From: Bacillota bacterium
GTDB taxonomy: Bacteria; Bacillota; DTU025
DNA length: 51,982 bases
Assembly: GCA_035351775.1 (NCBI GenBank)
Contig: DAOPWT010000001.1
Location: forward strand, 1 to 51,982
Direction: 5' to 3'
The position numbers were made by a program, and so were the translations under genes. Each line of letters begins with the position of its first letter. Position 1 is the stretch's first letter. Below, in pieces: positions 16,249 to 25,920 of the stretch. The notes below the pieces were generated by a model, which saw only the letters and a list, made by a program, of their open reading frames with translations, had not been told where the DNA came from and searched no databases.

Positions 16249-17076
16249 TTAGGCCCTGGAAAGCGAACCCCTCCGCAGCGAAGTGCGAAACGCAGCGTTG
16301 AACGACAGAAGCCCCGCGAAAAAGTAGACAAGTGTCATGATGGATGCCAGCGCCACGCAGGGCCAGGCGACTCCTCGGGCGAGAAGCCCCGCCGTTTCGC
16401 TGCCTCCGAACGTGAGATCTGCCGCGAGCCCGTACCACCAGCGATATGGGAACACGATGCCTAGCGCCCCAAGCCCGATGTCCAACTGCCTGATGGGCGC
16501 CAGCGCCAGAGCGAAAACGGCCATCGACACCAGATTCACCAGGCCTCCGACCCGCTTGACCAGAAGTGCAACTGCTCCAAGAGCATACCCGATGCCCAGC
16601 ATGGCCAGGCGCATCATGGCCATGGGGGCCAAGGCGACGGCCGCCGGCCAGGGAAACCGGACCCCTGTGGTCAGCGATACTGCCCCCATGATCAGTGCCA
16701 TACTCGGGATGAAGCTCACGAAGGACGCAATATCGCGCAGCAGCCCGATCACCCAGAGCGGAACAGCTGACATCGCCAGCTGATCCAGAGTGGCCGTGCC
16801 GGGTTCCTCAGTTGCGAGCAGCGAAGCCCCCTGAACCGCCCCCAGGCAGCAGAAGATGCACGCAAAGGCGAACATCGCCTCGCTCGCGGCCCGGCCCTGA
16901 AGGCCGCCGGATGCCATCGTCGCCATGGCTGACGGCACGGGCACACGGCCGGACGCAGCAAACACGGCGACTACTAGGAATATGTATACCGCCAGCGACT
17001 CGGTGACAAACTCCATCGGACTGCGCGCTCGGCGCAACAGCCCTCGCTTCACCTCATACCAGAGAATAACGTGCAT
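16249..17076 (-). CDS. ABC-2 type exporter permease
   Basis: 275-aa polytopic membrane ORF. It overlaps the stop of the upstream ATPase gene by 23 nt. Confidence 0.75.
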   Translation of the reverse strand: MHVILWYEVKRGLLRRARSPMEFVTESLAVYIFLVVAVFAASGRVPVPSAMATMASGGLQGRAASEAMFAFACIFCCLGAVQGASLLATEEPGTATLDQLAMSAVPLWVIGLLRDIASFVSFIPSMALIMGAVSLTTGVRFPWPAAVALAPMAMMRLAMLGIGYALGAVALLVKRVGGLVNLVSMAVFALALAPIRQLDIGLGALGIVFPYRWWYGLAADLTFGGSETAGLLARGVAWPCVALASIMTLVYFFAGLLSFNAAFRTSLRRGSLSRA

Positions 17077-18073
17077 CGGCCCTCTGCCCCTTTCCGGTTC
17101 CGGTGATCTCGAGAAAAGCGCTTGCGAGGCATGGCTCTCGCCTGACTACTGACTCTACCTCAGTTCCGGCCATCCGAATCGCTTCCAGAACCCTCGGCAA
17201 CCCTGCATCATCATCTAGGTCGACGTCGACAACGAATCCGCCGCCCGCATCTGCCTCCGAAGGCATGGGCATGCCAGGTCGCGCCCCTGAGTGCACGATC
17301 GCCGCCTCCACCGCACAGGTAACCTGCGTACGCAATGCAATTCTGTAGGACCTGCGGCCAAACAGCTGGAGCAAGGCATTCACCGTGTCGATGGCCAGCG
17401 CTCTACCATCGCTCATTATGCATACTCTGTCGCACACACGCTCCGCCACATCCATTTGGTGCGTCGCGATCACCACAGCGCAGCCGCGCTCCCGCGCCAT
17501 GCGCTTGATCGACTGCTGCAAGTCGAGGGATGACGCGACATCCAGGCCGAGAGTTGGCTCGTCCATCAGGACTACACCCGGATCAGCAGCAAGCGCCGCC
17601 GCCAGCGACACCTTCTGCCGTGTGCCCATGGATAGATTGTTCACAGGCACCTCAGCGAACTTGCCGATGTCCAGCAGCTCTATCCAGTGCGCAGCTCTTC
17701 GCGCAACACTCCTCATGCTGCCGCCGCCGCGGAGAGCGGTAAAGTACTCGATGTTCTCGCGCGCGGTCATCCTAGGGTACAGAGCGCGCGCTCTATCAAA
17801 CACTACGCCCACTCGACCTGCGATCTGTCGTCGCGACCGAACAGTGTCGATGCCGCCGATCAGCACGCGGCCGGAGCTTGGGGTAACGAGGCAGCTCATC
17901 ATGGCGATGACCGTGCTCTTCCCTGCCCCGTTTGGGCCTAGGAGCCCCATGACTTCGCTGGGAGCCACGCGCATCGACAACCCCTCCACAGCTGTTACGC
18001 GTCGTCGGCGTCGCCCGACTCCAGTGGTGAATACACGGGCGGCACGGTCGAGCTCAATCGCGGGGAGGCTCAT
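17054..18073 (-). CDS. ABC transporter ATP-binding protein
   Basis: Walker A GPNGAGKST, signature LSMGTRQKV, Walker B VLMDEPTLGLD. ATG 18073 is preceded by GGAGGA at an 8-nt spacing. Confidence 0.9.
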   Translation of the reverse strand: MSLPAIELDRAARVFTTGVGRRRRRVTAVEGLSMRVAPSEVMGLLGPNGAGKSTVIAMMSCLVTPSSGRVLIGGIDTVRSRRQIAGRVGVVFDRARALYPRMTARENIEYFTALRGGGSMRSVARRAAHWIELLDIGKFAEVPVNNLSMGTRQKVSLAAALAADPGVVLMDEPTLGLDVASSLDLQQSIKRMARERGCAVVIATHQMDVAERVCDRVCIMSDGRALAIDTVNALLQLFGRRSYRIALRTQVTCAVEAAIVHSGARPGMPMPSEADAGGGFVVDVDLDDDAGLPRVLEAIRMAGTEVESVVRREPCLASAFLEITGTGKGQRADARYSLV

Positions 18074-18683
18074 CGCACCGTTCCTCCCCATCACCCGCAT
18101 TATCCTCTTCGCCTGCGTGCCGCGTGAGCCGGGGCGCGCACGGGTACAAGGCAAGTGCAAGCGAGTATGCCTCACGCGCGCTCGGTTCGTCTGCGACCCT
18201 GAACTCTGCCGCGAGCTCGTGAAGACGGACCGCGAATCGCGCTGCCTCGTCACGGCTGAGGTTGACGTTGACTAGCTGAACGTTGATGAATGGATCCGCT
18301 TCGTCGATCTGCTGCAAGTGATTTACGGCTGACCGCATGTCGCGGATGAGAGCGTCCAGCGCCAGGCCGGGCGCCTCCGGCGTACTGCCCAGCGATGGAT
18401 CTACCTGAAACTCCCGTGCGATGGAGCGATAGTATTTCTCCAGTATTCCGGACTTTTCCTTGACCTCAACCAGCGCGACAAGCCCGGAGCGCTCCAACAC
18501 CTTCACGTGGTAGTGGACGCTTGCGGGCACCAGGCCCATCCTGTCGGCAAGCTGCTTCACGGTGAGCGACTCCTCGGCCAGCATGCGAAGGATGACAACT
18601 CGCTTGCTATCGAGCAGGGCCCTGAGCTCATCGATGTCGCTCACCACATAAGTTCCGGCAGGTTCGCGAGAACGCGACTCCAT
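18054..18683 (-). CDS. ArsR-family winged-helix transcriptional regulator with a C-terminal extension
   Basis: RVVILRMLAEESLTVKQLADRMGLVPASVHYHVKVLERSGLV is an ArsR-type HTH. It is the first gene of the ArsR / ABC ATPase / ABC-2 permease module. Confidence 0.85.
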   Translation of the reverse strand: MESRSREPAGTYVVSDIDELRALLDSKRVVILRMLAEESLTVKQLADRMGLVPASVHYHVKVLERSGLVALVEVKEKSGILEKYYRSIAREFQVDPSLGSTPEAPGLALDALIRDMRSAVNHLQQIDEADPFINVQLVNVNLSRDEAARFAVRLHELAAEFRVADEPSAREAYSLALALYPCAPRLTRHAGEEDNAGDGEERCDEPPRD

Positions 18684-18880
18684 TACACTTTCACCTCTCG
18701 ATAAACATTTCTTTAATGATAACCGTAATTCGAACAGGTGTCAACTGGCTGATTCCCAGTGATCTTGCATTTTAAGCCTTTGGGTGGTAATCTGTTGTTG
18801 GCTGTTGTTCAAGCGCGCGCATCCGAGGAGTATGCCGACTTGACCAAGAGCTCAAACCCAAGCAAAGGAGCGCGATCAGG

Positions 18881-19165
18881 TTGGCGTACGAGGACAAGAC
18901 GCTGGTCTGCAAAGAGTGCGGCCAGGAGTTCGTGTTCACCGCTGGCGAGCAGCAGTTTTACGTTGACCACGGCTTCCAGAACGAGCCCTCCAGGTGCCCT
19001 GAGTGCAGGCGCGCCCGCAGAGCAAGCGGCGGGAGCCGCACGATGCACGAGGTAGTCTGCTCGGCCTGCGGAGAGACGGCCATGGTCCCGTTTGTTCCCA
19101 GCGGCGACAGGCCAGTCTACTGCAGCGAGTGTTTTGCGGCGCAGAAGGCTTCCGATCGCAGGTAG
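18881..19165 (+). CDS. Zinc-ribbon domain protein (two CxxC..CxxC knuckle pairs)
   Basis: 94 aa. CKECGQEFVFTAGEQQFY..CPECR and CSACGE..YCSECF. TTG start 10 nt after AAAGGAG. A TTGCAT-17-TAATCT promoter lies upstream. Confidence 0.75.
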   Translation: MAYEDKTLVCKECGQEFVFTAGEQQFYVDHGFQNEPSRCPECRRARRASGGSRTMHEVVCSACGETAMVPFVPSGDRPVYCSECFAAQKASDRR

Positions 19166-19216
19166 AATCGGAAAACGCATACATAGTGCCTGCATCACAG
19201 TAGCCGATAATAATGA

Positions 19217-19240
19217 GCCCCGGGCATAGCCCGGGGCTTT
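19217..19240. terminator. Bidirectional terminator hairpin between convergent genes
   Basis: GCCCCGGG-CATAG-CCCGGGGC followed by TTT on the plus strand. A/T-rich sequence sits on the other side. Confidence 0.75.
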
Positions 19241-19264
19241 CCTATTGTGCGACTGTTGTGCTCC

Positions 19265-20515
19265 TCATGCATGTTCCTGCTCCGCCCAGAGCCGTACCAA
19301 GTTGACCACAACTTTCACGGCATCGTCCATCCACTGAACACATGCCCATTCCCCGCGGCTGTGCACATCGCCAGCTCCGGTGAATAGGTTGGGGGTCAGA
19401 ACGCCTTCGTACGTCATCCTCGCTCCGTCAGTCCCGCCCCTGATAGGCTCAACAACCGGAGTCAGCCCAGCCAACTGTATTGCCTTAATCGCCAGGCCGG
19501 TGGCCCGAGGGTCCGTGTCAAGCCGTTCTTTCATGTTACGGTACCCGCCTCGAGGAGTGAACCTGACTTTCGACCCGGGGTGGCTCGCCTCAAGCAGCTC
19601 AAGCATCTTCATGAAGGCAGCCTTACGCGTCTCGAGCATCTGGCTGTCGAAATCGCGTATCAGGATCTTGATGGACACCTTCTCCACATTGCCTTGTATC
19701 TCATTGGGGTGTATGAAGCCCTCGCGGCCCAAAGTCGTCTCCGGCCGCGAAGATGCCGGAATCCACGAGATGAGCTGGGCAGCCAAGTGAAGAGCGTTCA
19801 CCATCTTGCCGCGGGCAGTGCCTGTATGCGCCGACACGCCCTCTATTGTCACTACACCGTTTAGGGCGTTGAACGTCTCCTCCGACAACTCCGCCAGGAC
19901 TCCTCCGTCCAGAGTGTACGCAAGCTTGGCACCGAACTTATCATACGGGAATCGCTCTACGCCTCGGCCCGTCTCCTCGTCAGGAGTGAACGCCACCCAC
20001 ACGTCAGGCCTGCGGATATCAGGGTCTCGGATCAGCTCCACTAAGGCCTGCATGATCTCGGCCACACCCGCTTTGTCGTCGGCGCCGAGCAACGTAGAAC
20101 CGTCTGAGGTGATGATGTCGCAGCCTACCGCGCGTGCAAGATTGACCGATGTTTTGGGGCTCAGGACCACTCCATGGCCGACGGAGATATCGCCGCCCTG
20201 GTAATTATGGTGAACCCTGGGGACCACGCCCCGACCGGGTATTCCCGGAACCGTGTCCATGTGGGCCACAAAACCCACAGCCGGCGTAGGCCGGTCCATG
20301 TTCGACGGCAGACGCCCAATCACGAAGCAATGCTCGTCCACCTGGACGTCGATCAGTCCAAGCTGCTTCAGTTCATCTGCCAGCATGCGGGCTAGCTCCC
20401 ACTGCCCTGGCGTGCTGGGCACCTCCGCTGAGTCCTCCGCGCTGGTCGTATCAACCTGAACATACCGCATGAACCGGGCCGCGACACCTTCGCTTAGCAA
20501 CATTTCAGCACTCAT
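19265..20515 (-). CDS. pepT: Peptidase T (tripeptide aminopeptidase, M20B)
   Basis: 416 aa. The N-terminus RFMRYVQVDTTS..STPGQ and HMDTV.., GADDKAG motifs are typical of PepT. Confidence 0.85.
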   Translation of the reverse strand: MSAEMLLSEGVAARFMRYVQVDTTSAEDSAEVPSTPGQWELARMLADELKQLGLIDVQVDEHCFVIGRLPSNMDRPTPAVGFVAHMDTVPGIPGRGVVPRVHHNYQGGDISVGHGVVLSPKTSVNLARAVGCDIITSDGSTLLGADDKAGVAEIMQALVELIRDPDIRRPDVWVAFTPDEETGRGVERFPYDKFGAKLAYTLDGGVLAELSEETFNALNGVVTIEGVSAHTGTARGKMVNALHLAAQLISWIPASSRPETTLGREGFIHPNEIQGNVEKVSIKILIRDFDSQMLETRKAAFMKMLELLEASHPGSKVRFTPRGGYRNMKERLDTDPRATGLAIKAIQLAGLTPVVEPIRGGTDGARMTYEGVLTPNLFTGAGDVHSRGEWACVQWMDDAVKVVVNLVRLWAEQEHA

Positions 20516-20527
20516 ACGATGCGCCTC

Positions 20528-21031
20528 CTACCATACCCAGGGCCGCAGGAGTTGTTCCGCGATATTCCTGGCCCGCGCGCCAAGCTGATCTGGGTTCGTG
20601 ACAACTCCCGTGCGGACGGCGTCCTCGTACACTATCAGGCCGCCCGCCTTCTCCACGCGCGTCTTTATCGATCTCATCTGGCCTTCAGCGTTTCCACTGC
20701 CCATCGTGGCAAATACGCCGAAACGACGGCCGATCCCGTCCGGCATGTTGTTGAGAAAGGCGTTCAGTTCAGCCGATGTCTTCCCGGCTTGCACAGGACC
20801 AGCCACGATAACCAGCTCGTAACTGCGAAGCGTCTTGGGAAGACCCGTCTTAAGCTGAGCCTCGCGCCCCCTTAGCGCCGCCCAAGCTGCCGCCATATAC
20901 CCAAGAGGCCTGCTCGGCTCCAGCTTGTGATACTCCACCCTGTGGCCGCTGTGCTCGAGTTCCTCGCCGATGGCGCGCATCAACTTCTCAGTTACGCCGG
21001 TTCGAGAATGGTAAACAATCAGAGCTCTCAC
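20528..21031 (-). CDS. Flavodoxin-family protein
   Basis: MRALIVYHSRTGVTEK N-terminal flavodoxin signature. 167 aa. Confidence 0.75.
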   Translation of the reverse strand: MRALIVYHSRTGVTEKLMRAIGEELEHSGHRVEYHKLEPSRPLGYMAAAWAALRGREAQLKTGLPKTLRSYELVIVAGPVQAGKTSAELNAFLNNMPDGIGRRFGVFATMGSGNAEGQMRSIKTRVEKAGGLIVYEDAVRTGVVTNPDQLGARARNIAEQLLRPWVW

Positions 21032-21063
21032 CGCGCATCGTCCTCCTCCCTAGACGCGACAAG

Positions 21064-22008
21064 TCATGTCCTAAACTCCACGATATCTCCATCAGAGAGC
21101 ACGTACTCCCTGGGAACAGGCTGGCCGTCAAAGCGAGCAGACCCCCATACCCTGGCGCTCTTCATGGTGCGCGGAAGATCCCTGTGGATGGCCATGGCAA
21201 GGTCTGTCACCGTTCCTGGGCGTTTCAGCACGAACGGCGCAGCGCGGTCTACATCCTGCCCAGGCGGCTTTGAGTATAGCCTGATGACGTCGAGCATGTT
21301 GAAGACGGCCCGGGGCAGCCCCTCCAGACCCTCTGCTGATTCAGACGATACCCTGACGAAACTGATGTCGGGGTAAGCCTCCACGAGGATATCGGCGTTG
21401 TCAGCAGCTCCCGCCAGATCGATCTTCGACAGCGTCACCATGTGCGGTTTCCCCTGGTTGACGACCTTTCGCTCATCCAACAGCTCCAGCAGGCTCTGGA
21501 TATCGTCAAGACATGAGTCGCTCGAGACATCCACAACCATGATCACCGCATCTCCGGAGCGGATGGAAGCCATGAGAGTGGGCGGGCAATTGTCGATCGA
21601 TATAGGCGGAGTGTCCACCAGCTGTATAAGGATGTCTTCATACTTCATCATGCCCGGAACAGGCTGAGTAGTCGCGAAAGCGTAAGGCGCCACGACCACC
21701 TTCGCGCTGGTAAGCTTCCCTACCAGGGCAGACTTGCCCGAGTTGGGCGGGCCGATTACGAATACTTGCCCCGCACCCTCCCTTTCGACACGATAGGGAT
21801 CCTGTTTGCCCTTCTTCCGAGCCGCCTCGCCGGCTTCCTTGATCCGGGCAATACGGCGCTTGATATCAGCCTGCATCTTGTCCGTCCCCTTGTGCTTGGG
21901 GATGGTCCGAAGCATCTCTTCAAGCGCGGCGAGCTTCTCTTCAGGAGTTATTGCGCGCTTGTACGCCTCCTCTGCCTCCATGTACTGCGGGGTGAGGTTG
22001 GCGGGCAT
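21064..22008 (-). CDS. DRG/Obg-like GTPase with a C-terminal TGS domain
   Basis: G1 GPPNSGKSAL, G3 DTPP, G4-like SKID. The C-terminus GDIVEF is TGS-like. The N-terminal helix MPANLTPQYMEAEEAYK resembles DRG-type proteins. Confidence 0.75.
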   Translation of the reverse strand: MPANLTPQYMEAEEAYKRAITPEEKLAALEEMLRTIPKHKGTDKMQADIKRRIARIKEAGEAARKKGKQDPYRVEREGAGQVFVIGPPNSGKSALVGKLTSAKVVVAPYAFATTQPVPGMMKYEDILIQLVDTPPISIDNCPPTLMASIRSGDAVIMVVDVSSDSCLDDIQSLLELLDERKVVNQGKPHMVTLSKIDLAGAADNADILVEAYPDISFVRVSSESAEGLEGLPRAVFNMLDVIRLYSKPPGQDVDRAAPFVLKRPGTVTDLAMAIHRDLPRTMKSARVWGSARFDGQPVPREYVLSDGDIVEFRT

Positions 22009-22041
22009 GCGTGCTTCCCTCCTTTACGCTAAGCCTTCCGG

Positions 22042-23982
22042 TCAGCTGTAGAGCACCATTGCGCTGATAGCAGGCACGCGAACTCGAACATCATCGCCTT
22101 CTTCGTCCTTCACCATGTATGCCGAATCATCCAGCGGCCTAGTCCCGGCCTGCCGCCGGGCCACCACAATGCTCCATTCTCCATGCGTCGGCAGAGCTAT
22201 CTCGACTTCGTGCCTGTTGGCATTGTATATGACGGCTATGAAGTCCCACTCGTCGCCGCACACGCTGCCGTCTAGCTCGAAGAGGACGGTGCCGGGCGGG
22301 CCGGGGATGAATCGCACGGCCGCGCGCACCTGCGCTGCAGTGGTCATCCGGAATGCCGGATGCGCGCGCCGCACCTCAATGAGGCCGCGATAGTAGTCGA
22401 ATACCTCGCGAAATTCGTGCTTGCGCCACCATTCGAACTGATTGACTTCATCGCCGGCCCGGTAGCTGTTGTGGTGGCCCCGCTTGGTGCGGAGCAGCTC
22501 GGCCCCGCCCTCCAGGAACGGTATTCCCTGCGAAGTCAGGACTATCGCCTGCGCCAGGAGATCCATGCTTATCCGGTCGCCTTTTGAATCGAACGCGTTG
22601 GACCGCGCGATCTTGTCCCATAAAGTCAGGTTGTCGTGGCATGACACGTAGTTAACACACTCTCCGGGCTCTTGCGCAAAGCCCGACAGCCCGTCGGAAT
22701 AGCGGATCGACGCTACTACTCCTTTCGCGATCTCGCGTTCACATCCTGCAGCGCCCGTAGCGTATCCGGGTCGGCCTCCATCATTGTCGCCCTTTATGGC
22801 ATTCCTGAAAGCATCATTGAACATGCCGATGCCGGTGGAACGCTGCCTGCCTGCGGTGAACATCCTGGTGTGGCAGAGCCCCGAAGGCCCTCCCGTCCAC
22901 GGCTCACCGTAGAGCAGAAGCGACGGCTCGATCGCACGCAGTTCGCATGCGATCTCCTGCATCGTATCGCAGTCTATCAGGGCCATTAGGTCAAACCTAA
23001 ATCCGTCTACATGGTATTCCCGGACCCAGTACTTGAGCGAATCGACAATCAGCTTTCGGACCATCGGCCGTTCAGTGGCCAGCTCATTGCCGCAACCCGA
23101 TCCGTTGGTGAACACTCCGGCGGCATCGGTACGGTGGTAGTAGCCAGGCACAATCGTCTGAAGGGGCGAATCATCCGTGCTGTAGGTGTGGTTGTACACG
23201 ACGTCCAGCACTACCCTAAGGCCTGCCCTGTGCAGTGCCTGTACCATCCGCTTCACTTCAGTGACACGTGATGCAGCGCACTCGGGCCTGCAAGAGTATG
23301 ATCCTTCCGGAACAAAGAAATGGAACGGGTCGTACCCCCAGTTGTACCCGTCGGGCGAGAGCTCGTCGACTGAGGCGAAATCCTGTATCGGGAGCAGGTG
23401 CACGTGAGTGATTCCCAACTCAACTAGGTGGTCTACTCCAGTGCTCACACCGCCCGGACCCCGAGTCCCGTGCTCGCTCATGCCCAGGTACCGACCGCGG
23501 TGCTGAGTTCCTGAATCTGGCGATATGGAGAAATCCCTCACGTGCACCTCGTACACGACGGCATCCGTTGCCGCAGCCAGAGGAGGACGCACGTCGCCTG
23601 CCCACCCTTCAGGGTCAGTCGATGCCGGGTCGATTACAACGCCGCGACCTCCATTAACCGTAAGGGCCCGCGCGTAAGGGTCCACTGCTTCCTTCACACA
23701 CCCGCCGTGGAACACTCTGTATGTGTAGCATATGCCGGCGAGATCCCCGAAAACGACGGCAAGCCACGTCCCATCACAGTCCGGGCTCATCGGGACTTCC
23801 CATCCCGCTGCCGACTGCCTCGACGAGTACAGCATCACTGACACGCCCAGAGCGGTGGGCGCAAACACGCGAAACGCCGTGGAATCCGGCGAATAAACTG
23901 CGCCGAGATCGTCGCCGGGATAGTACAGCTCAAATATCTCCTGACCACCCACTGCAACGACCGGGCACACCTCAAGGCCCAT
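22042..23982 (-). CDS. Type I pullulanase (GH13)
   Basis: YNWGYDP, GFRFDLM, YGEPW and VSCHDN conserved GH13/pullulanase regions. The start is placed at ATG 23982 (GGTG 6 nt upstream) rather than 24012. Confidence 0.85.
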   Translation of the reverse strand: MGLEVCPVVAVGGQEIFELYYPGDDLGAVYSPDSTAFRVFAPTALGVSVMLYSSRQSAAGWEVPMSPDCDGTWLAVVFGDLAGICYTYRVFHGGCVKEAVDPYARALTVNGGRGVVIDPASTDPEGWAGDVRPPLAAATDAVVYEVHVRDFSISPDSGTQHRGRYLGMSEHGTRGPGGVSTGVDHLVELGITHVHLLPIQDFASVDELSPDGYNWGYDPFHFFVPEGSYSCRPECAASRVTEVKRMVQALHRAGLRVVLDVVYNHTYSTDDSPLQTIVPGYYHRTDAAGVFTNGSGCGNELATERPMVRKLIVDSLKYWVREYHVDGFRFDLMALIDCDTMQEIACELRAIEPSLLLYGEPWTGGPSGLCHTRMFTAGRQRSTGIGMFNDAFRNAIKGDNDGGRPGYATGAAGCEREIAKGVVASIRYSDGLSGFAQEPGECVNYVSCHDNLTLWDKIARSNAFDSKGDRISMDLLAQAIVLTSQGIPFLEGGAELLRTKRGHHNSYRAGDEVNQFEWWRKHEFREVFDYYRGLIEVRRAHPAFRMTTAAQVRAAVRFIPGPPGTVLFELDGSVCGDEWDFIAVIYNANRHEVEIALPTHGEWSIVVARRQAGTRPLDDSAYMVKDEEGDDVRVRVPAISAMVLYS

Positions 23983-24081
23983 CTGTCGCACCAACCTTCC
24001 ACCAAACCGCATTGTAGCTGCACATTATCATGATACAGCAAATGGCGGGCTGGTGTCCAACGCGCGATCGTCTTCGAACTC

Positions 24082-25902
24082 CTACTTCCCCTCGAAGAAC
24101 ACTTCCATCTCATCCAACGTCTTCTCAAATACCCCCAGCGCGGCGAGCACCGGCTCAGGAGATGTCATGTCCACCCCCGCACTCTTCAGCAGATCAATGG
24201 GGTACCTGGCGCTCCCGCCGCTTAGGAACTCGAGATAGCGATCCTGTGCAGGCTTTCCCTGGTCGAGTATGCTGTTTGCAAGCGCAACCGCAGCCGAGAA
24301 GCCTGTGGAGTACTGATACACATAGTAGGCTCTGTAGAAGTGGGGGATCCTGGCCCACTCGTAAGCTATCGCATCGTCTAGGACCATGTCGGGGCCGAAG
24401 TAATCGCGGTTAAGCTGCATGTAGACCTGGTTTAGGCCATCAGGAGTCAGCGCTTGCCCCGATTCGTGCATCTCATGGGTGATCTTCTCGAACTCGGCGA
24501 ACATTGTCTGACGGAACACCGTTCCCCTAAACTCCTCCATAAAGTGGTTCAGCAGGTACATCCTGCGCGCAGGATCATCCGTCCTGTCCAGCAAGTATCG
24601 GGTAAGCAGCACTTCGTTTACGGTAGAAGCCACCTCAGCCACGAATATCAGGTATTCCGAGTACACGTATGGCTGTTTCTCCCATGTGTAATAGGAATGC
24701 ATGGAGTGCCCCATCTCGTGTGCCAGGGTGAACGCGTTGCTCAGGTTGTCCTGCCAGTTCAGCAAGACATAAGGATGCACTCCGTACACTCCCCACGAAT
24801 AGGCGCCGCTTGTTTTGCCCCGGTTCTCCATCACATCGATCCAGCCGGACTCCATCCCGGCCGAGAGAGCCTTCGTATACGCCTCGCCCAGAGGCGACAG
24901 GCCATCGCGTACCATGGCTTTGGCCTCACCGTAAGCGACGGGCCATTCTACATCCGCGACCATCGGCGCATACACGTCATACATGTGGATCTCCGGTAGA
25001 TCGAGCACCTTTTTTCGGAGACGCACGTATCTGTGCATCAGATCGAGCCGGCTCCTCACGGCCGATACCAGATTATCGTACACGTCTACGGGTATATTGT
25101 TCTCATCCAGCGCTGCTTCGCGAGCGCTGCTGTATCCTCGTACACGCGCATTGAAGCTATCTGCCTTGACCGATGCAGAATAGGTTGCGGCTATGGTGTT
25201 CTTCAGGGCACGATAGGACGAGTACAAGGCGTCAAACGCGTCCTTTCGCACCCGCCGATCACGGCTCTGCATGAACCGGATGTATCTGCCGTGGGTGACC
25301 TCCACTGTGTTTCCGTCCGCGTCCACGATTGATGGGAACTTGAGATCCGCGTTGTTGAGCATCGTGAAGATGGCAGGTACAGCATGCCCGATCTCACCCG
25401 CCATGGCCATGATGCGCTCTTCAGATGCGGATAGAGTGTGGTCGCGCATGCGCCTGATGTTGTCCAGGAAAATCCTGTACAGCTCCAGCCCAGGTTCCTC
25501 CGACATGAACCGTTCCAGTTCGTCGTCGCAAATGGCAAGAATCTCGGGCCTCAGGAAGGACGTCGCCGACGCAACCTCCACTGCCAGGCTAGCTGCCCTA
25601 TCGTGCATGCTCTGGTAATCAGCATTCGCGTTGTCTTCATCCTTGCGCATGCGGCTGTAGGTGTAGGCCTTCATGACTAGGTAGTCGATTTCGTCCCTGA
25701 GCTTCAGGCATTCCAGAAGCGCTTTGGCGCCTGCGCCGAGCCTGCCGGCGTAGGACGCCAAGTCGGGGACCCTGCTCCGCACCGCGGACATGTCAGCCTC
25801 GCACAGCTGATCCGATGGGTAGATGTCTTCCACCTTCCACCTTAGGTCTTCGGGGATATCCTTTCTTTCGGGAATCGCTTCGACCGTCTCAGCCAACTGC
25901 AA
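24082..25902 (-). CDS. pepF: Oligoendopeptidase F (M3B)
   Basis: 606 aa. Zinc motif HEMGH within LAHEMGHSMHSY. Length and architecture are typical of PepF. Confidence 0.9.
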   Translation of the reverse strand: MQLAETVEAIPERKDIPEDLRWKVEDIYPSDQLCEADMSAVRSRVPDLASYAGRLGAGAKALLECLKLRDEIDYLVMKAYTYSRMRKDEDNANADYQSMHDRAASLAVEVASATSFLRPEILAICDDELERFMSEEPGLELYRIFLDNIRRMRDHTLSASEERIMAMAGEIGHAVPAIFTMLNNADLKFPSIVDADGNTVEVTHGRYIRFMQSRDRRVRKDAFDALYSSYRALKNTIAATYSASVKADSFNARVRGYSSAREAALDENNIPVDVYDNLVSAVRSRLDLMHRYVRLRKKVLDLPEIHMYDVYAPMVADVEWPVAYGEAKAMVRDGLSPLGEAYTKALSAGMESGWIDVMENRGKTSGAYSWGVYGVHPYVLLNWQDNLSNAFTLAHEMGHSMHSYYTWEKQPYVYSEYLIFVAEVASTVNEVLLTRYLLDRTDDPARRMYLLNHFMEEFRGTVFRQTMFAEFEKITHEMHESGQALTPDGLNQVYMQLNRDYFGPDMVLDDAIAYEWARIPHFYRAYYVYQYSTGFSAAVALANSILDQGKPAQDRYLEFLSGGSARYPIDLLKSAGVDMTSPEPVLAALGVFEKTLDEMEVFFEGK

Positions 25903-25920
25903 TCGGCCTCCTTCTGGTTT

